A stretch of DNA of 61,929 nucleotides, the filler included. It is 4 parts of 4 records of this genome, joined end to end, with 100 filler letters (N's around TTAATTAATTAA, not from the genome) between each part and the next. Parts side by side here need not be neighbours in the genome. Positions count along the whole stretch, not along the records: positions 36,849 to 61,929 come from SRR33789315_104; 3 more parts are not named here. One strand, given 5' to 3'. The translations under genes were made by a program, and so were the position numbers. Of the stretch, positions 59,372 through 61,929 are shown in pieces (positions within the stretch are counted from its first letter, which is position 1; each line of letters starts with the position of its first letter). The notes beneath the pieces are model-generated. The model had not been told where the DNA came from. It searched no databases and worked only from the letters and a program-made list of their open reading frames with translations.

Positions 59372-59815
59372 CTATTCAGCATAGAATTTATACTCAAAGG
59401 TAAATTGTTGGCTGGTTTTTCCATCATTGATATTTAGGTTTATTCTATAACGCTCTTGGTCGCTGAAGGGCAAGGTTGCTAGATAATAAATAGCTTCACC
59501 TTCTTTGACTTCTTTAAAGGCTAGGCTTTTTACAACGCCTAACAAATTTTTAGCATCACCACTTATCACCACACTTTGTGCACTTTGGCTTATTTTATCG
59601 AGTACAGAAATATTAATTAGGCCATTATATTTGCTTCTTACAATCCCATACTGTTTCGCCACCTCAGGGGTAAGAAAGGTGCTATTCAAAGCAATATAGT
59701 GCACTTCCCATGTACCCAATGCGATTTTTTGTTCAGCCTTAAGTGGCAATATGGCTAAAGCCACAGTTAAACAAATTACCAGACGTAAAAATTTAGAAGA
59801 TACCAAACAAATCAC
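59372..59815 (-). CDS. DUF4426 domain protein, secreted
   Basis: VHYIALNSTFLTPEVAKQYGIVRS...KEGEAIYY; GTG/TTG start overlapping the yggT end. Confidence 0.88.
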   Translation of the reverse strand: MICLVSSKFLRLVICLTVALAILPLKAEQKIALGTWEVHYIALNSTFLTPEVAKQYGIVRSKYNGLINISVLDKISQSAQSVVISGDAKNLLGVVKSLAFKEVKEGEAIYYLATLPFSDQERYRINLNINDGKTSQQFTFEYKFYAE

Positions 59816-60335
59816 CCATCAGCTTTTGTAAGAAAATAAGGAGCAAAATGACTACCATTACCGATAGGTCTAAGCCGCCTAAGTCTGGCATTCTCTTGCG
59901 GATAGGTGCCAACATAGGTTCGGTTAACTGTGACAAAACATGTTCCATTGGATTGCGCCCCTGACTGACCCAGCTCATGATGGCACGCAGTATTAAGACA
60001 TAAATAACTAAATCAACCGCTTCAGAGAAAACAACCAACAATCCACCCAAGCCAATGCCAATTAAATTAGCTAAGCTATATCCCGCAAGTAGAGTAAGTA
60101 CTACAATTTTTGCCACCGCCACCAACCAAGCCAAAAGTAAAGTGGCCGAGTCGAAGCGACCTATTGATGGCACAATACGGCGCAAGGGGGCAATGATAGG
60201 ATGCGTCGCTTTAACAATAAACTGACTGAATGGATTGTAAAAGTCTGCACGGGATAATTGCAGCCAAAAACGCAATAATACAATCATCAAATAAAGTTTA
60301 AATGGCAAACTGATTAAAAATTCTATTGAACTCAT
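59793..60335 (-). CDS. yggT: YggT family membrane protein
   Basis: ADFYNPFSQF...PLRR and LTEPMLAPIRK...GGLDLS repeats. Confidence 0.93.
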   Translation of the reverse strand: MSSIEFLISLPFKLYLMIVLLRFWLQLSRADFYNPFSQFIVKATHPIIAPLRRIVPSIGRFDSATLLLAWLVAVAKIVVLTLLAGYSLANLIGIGLGGLLVVFSEAVDLVIYVLILRAIMSWVSQGRNPMEHVLSQLTEPMLAPIRKRMPDLGGLDLSVMVVILLLIFLQKLMGDLFGIF

Positions 60336-60417
60336 AGCTTTGTTTTTTCCTAAACACTAATTTTTAAATTAAAACGCCAGTAATATAATTCATTACTTCA
60401 CGTAATGTAGTAAACAA

Positions 60418-61239
60418 TTAAAAGATGGTAGACATTTCTTTGGCACGCGCTACTGCCGCTTGCATTGCTTTTGCTACAATATCACTTAGACCACTGTCAG
60501 CGAAACTGGCTAGAGCTTGTGCTGTGGTGCCGCCTTTTGAGGTGACTTGAGTGCGTAATTCACTGATTTCTAGTTGCGGGTTTTGGCACACCATTTCAGC
60601 CGCACCTAACATAGCTTGTTGAACTAACAAACGCGCTGTATCACGGCTAAAACCTTGATGTTCTGCTTCTTGTTGCATAGCTTCTAAAAAAGCGAAAAAG
60701 TAAGCTGGGCTGCTACCCGCTGCGGCAATAACACTATCGATCATAGCTTCATCTTTTACCCAAGCTATTTTGCCAACATGTTCGAGTAACTCGCCGGCGT
60801 AATTTTTATCTGATTGATTAAGGCTTTCATCAGCATATAAACCCGTCATCCCTAAACCTAAAGAGCTAGGGGTATTGGGCATGGTACGAATAACCTTGTA
60901 ATCCCCACCCAACATTTGTTGTAAACGTTTAACACTAATGCCTGCTGCTATGGAAATAAACAGCTTGTCTTTAAGCTCTGTTTGTTGGGCTAAATCGGCA
61001 CACATCTGAGCCATGAGTTGTGGTTTAACGGCTAATACCACAACTTGGGCTTGTTCTACTACATGGACATTTGATTGGCTAATTTGAATATTTAACTGCT
61101 GTTTTAGTGCATCTAGTTTTGGCGTGGATGGATTACTGGCATAAATGAACTCAGCAGGATAACCGTTGTTGACCAATCCACTGATAATACTTTTACTCAT
61201 GTTGCCTGCGCCAATAAAGGCTATACGTCTGTGTTCCAT
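60418..61239 (-). CDS. proC: Pyrroline-5-carboxylate reductase
   Basis: FIGAGNM, LAVKPQ, MPNTP, GSSPAY and VTSKGGTT motifs. Confidence 0.97.
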   Translation of the reverse strand: MEHRRIAFIGAGNMSKSIISGLVNNGYPAEFIYASNPSTPKLDALKQQLNIQISQSNVHVVEQAQVVVLAVKPQLMAQMCADLAQQTELKDKLFISIAAGISVKRLQQMLGGDYKVIRTMPNTPSSLGLGMTGLYADESLNQSDKNYAGELLEHVGKIAWVKDEAMIDSVIAAAGSSPAYFFAFLEAMQQEAEHQGFSRDTARLLVQQAMLGAAEMVCQNPQLEISELRTQVTSKGGTTAQALASFADSGLSDIVAKAMQAAVARAKEMSTIF

Positions 61240-61272
61240 TTTGTCTCTACTTTTTAATAAATGTGCTGTTGT

Positions 61273-61929
61273 TTAGAGTCGACTACCAAAAATTGCCGAA
61301 CCAATGCGTACCATGGTACTGCCATATTGAATGGCTAGTGCCATATCTCCCGACATACCCATAGACAAGGTATCTACCTCAGGAAAATGTTGGCGCATCT
61401 CTTCAAATAGGGCCTGCATTGTCAAAAAACTCTTTTTTTGCTGCTCATCACTGGCTAGTGCCTTAGGGATGGTCATTAAACCACGTAATTTCAAGTGCGG
61501 TAATAATTGAATGGCCCTTGCAAGTGGCATTGCCTCGTTAAGTGGTACCCCCGATTTACTTGCCTCGTCATCAATATTGACTTGTATGCAAACGTTTAAT
61601 TTTCTGTATGGACTACATTGATCATTTAGACGTTGTGCAATTTTAAGGCGATCTATGGAATGTACCCAAGCAAAATTTTCTGCCACCAAACGGGTTTTAT
61701 TTGATTGAATAGGGCCAATAAAGTGCCATTCAATATCACCTAAATCCTTTAAAGCTTGAACCTTTTCTACGCCCTCTTGCACATAATTTTCACCAAATAA
61801 ACGTTGTCCAAACTCATACGCTTGCACTATATCAGATACGGGTTTGGTTTTGCTTACGGCTAGTAATTTAACTGCATTTGTTGGACGATTAGCCGCCTGT
61901 GTAGATTGCTCGATTGTTTGGTATGCGCT
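61273..61929 (-). CDS. yggS: PLP homeostasis protein YggS (5' end beyond the window)
   Basis: Frame stays open to the window end: LLAVSKTKP, FGENYVQE, WHFIG and LSMGMS motifs. Confidence 0.96.
   Translation of the reverse strand, partial: SAYQTIEQSTQAANRPTNAVKLLAVSKTKPVSDIVQAYEFGQRLFGENYVQEGVEKVQALKDLGDIEWHFIGPIQSNKTRLVAENFAWVHSIDRLKIAQRLNDQCSPYRKLNVCIQVNIDDEASKSGVPLNEAMPLARAIQLLPHLKLRGLMTIPKALASDEQQKKSFLTMQALFEEMRQHFPEVDTLSMGMSGDMALAIQYGSTMVRIGSAIFGSRL

Overview
The window is not one locus. It is four contigs joined by 100-bp artificial spacers (N44-TTAATTAATTAA-N44) at 10839-10938, 20954-21053 and 36749-36848. Segment A (1-10838) is Bacteroidota-like housekeeping DNA: ansA, tatD, DUF5686 protein, M16 peptidase, O-methyltransferase, WYL regulator, crcB, ddl, PASTA protein, rluD and a partial cold-shock protein. 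Segment B (10939-20953) is Alteromonadales-like: LysR/DoxX/GST module, DUF1080-like protein, GH95, a small Cys-rich ORF, uvrY-uvrC-pgsA and a partial tRNA-Gly. Segment C (21054-36748) is Flavobacteriaceae-like: App1 phosphatase and lipid kinase, sodC, ECF sigma/RskA pair, LETM1-like protein, a LytS/LytTR system with four 2TM domains, Usp, ROK kinase, SQR plus a small ORF, and DUF4405. Segment D (36849-61929) is Alteromonadales-like: yjbQ, a decayed sulfotransferase-like gene, a transglutaminase/DUF2126 pair, AlkC-like protein, a xylan/xylose cluster interrupted by BlaI/M56, a Tat solute-binding protein with a hybrid kinase, and DUF4426-yggT-proC-yggS. The most notable signals not in the ORF track are: (i) a candidate ECF-promoter-driven small RNA convergent to the anti-sigma gene; (ii) two identically spaced LytTR-box promoters controlling a 2TM-protein circuit; (iii) a structured 3'UTR sRNA candidate behind xylA; (iv) three Crp/Fnr-like boxes, each exactly 23 bp from a Bacteroidota -7 box; (v) a 43-aa ORF behind sqr. 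Taxonomy and domain calls come from motif recognition only; no database searches were run.
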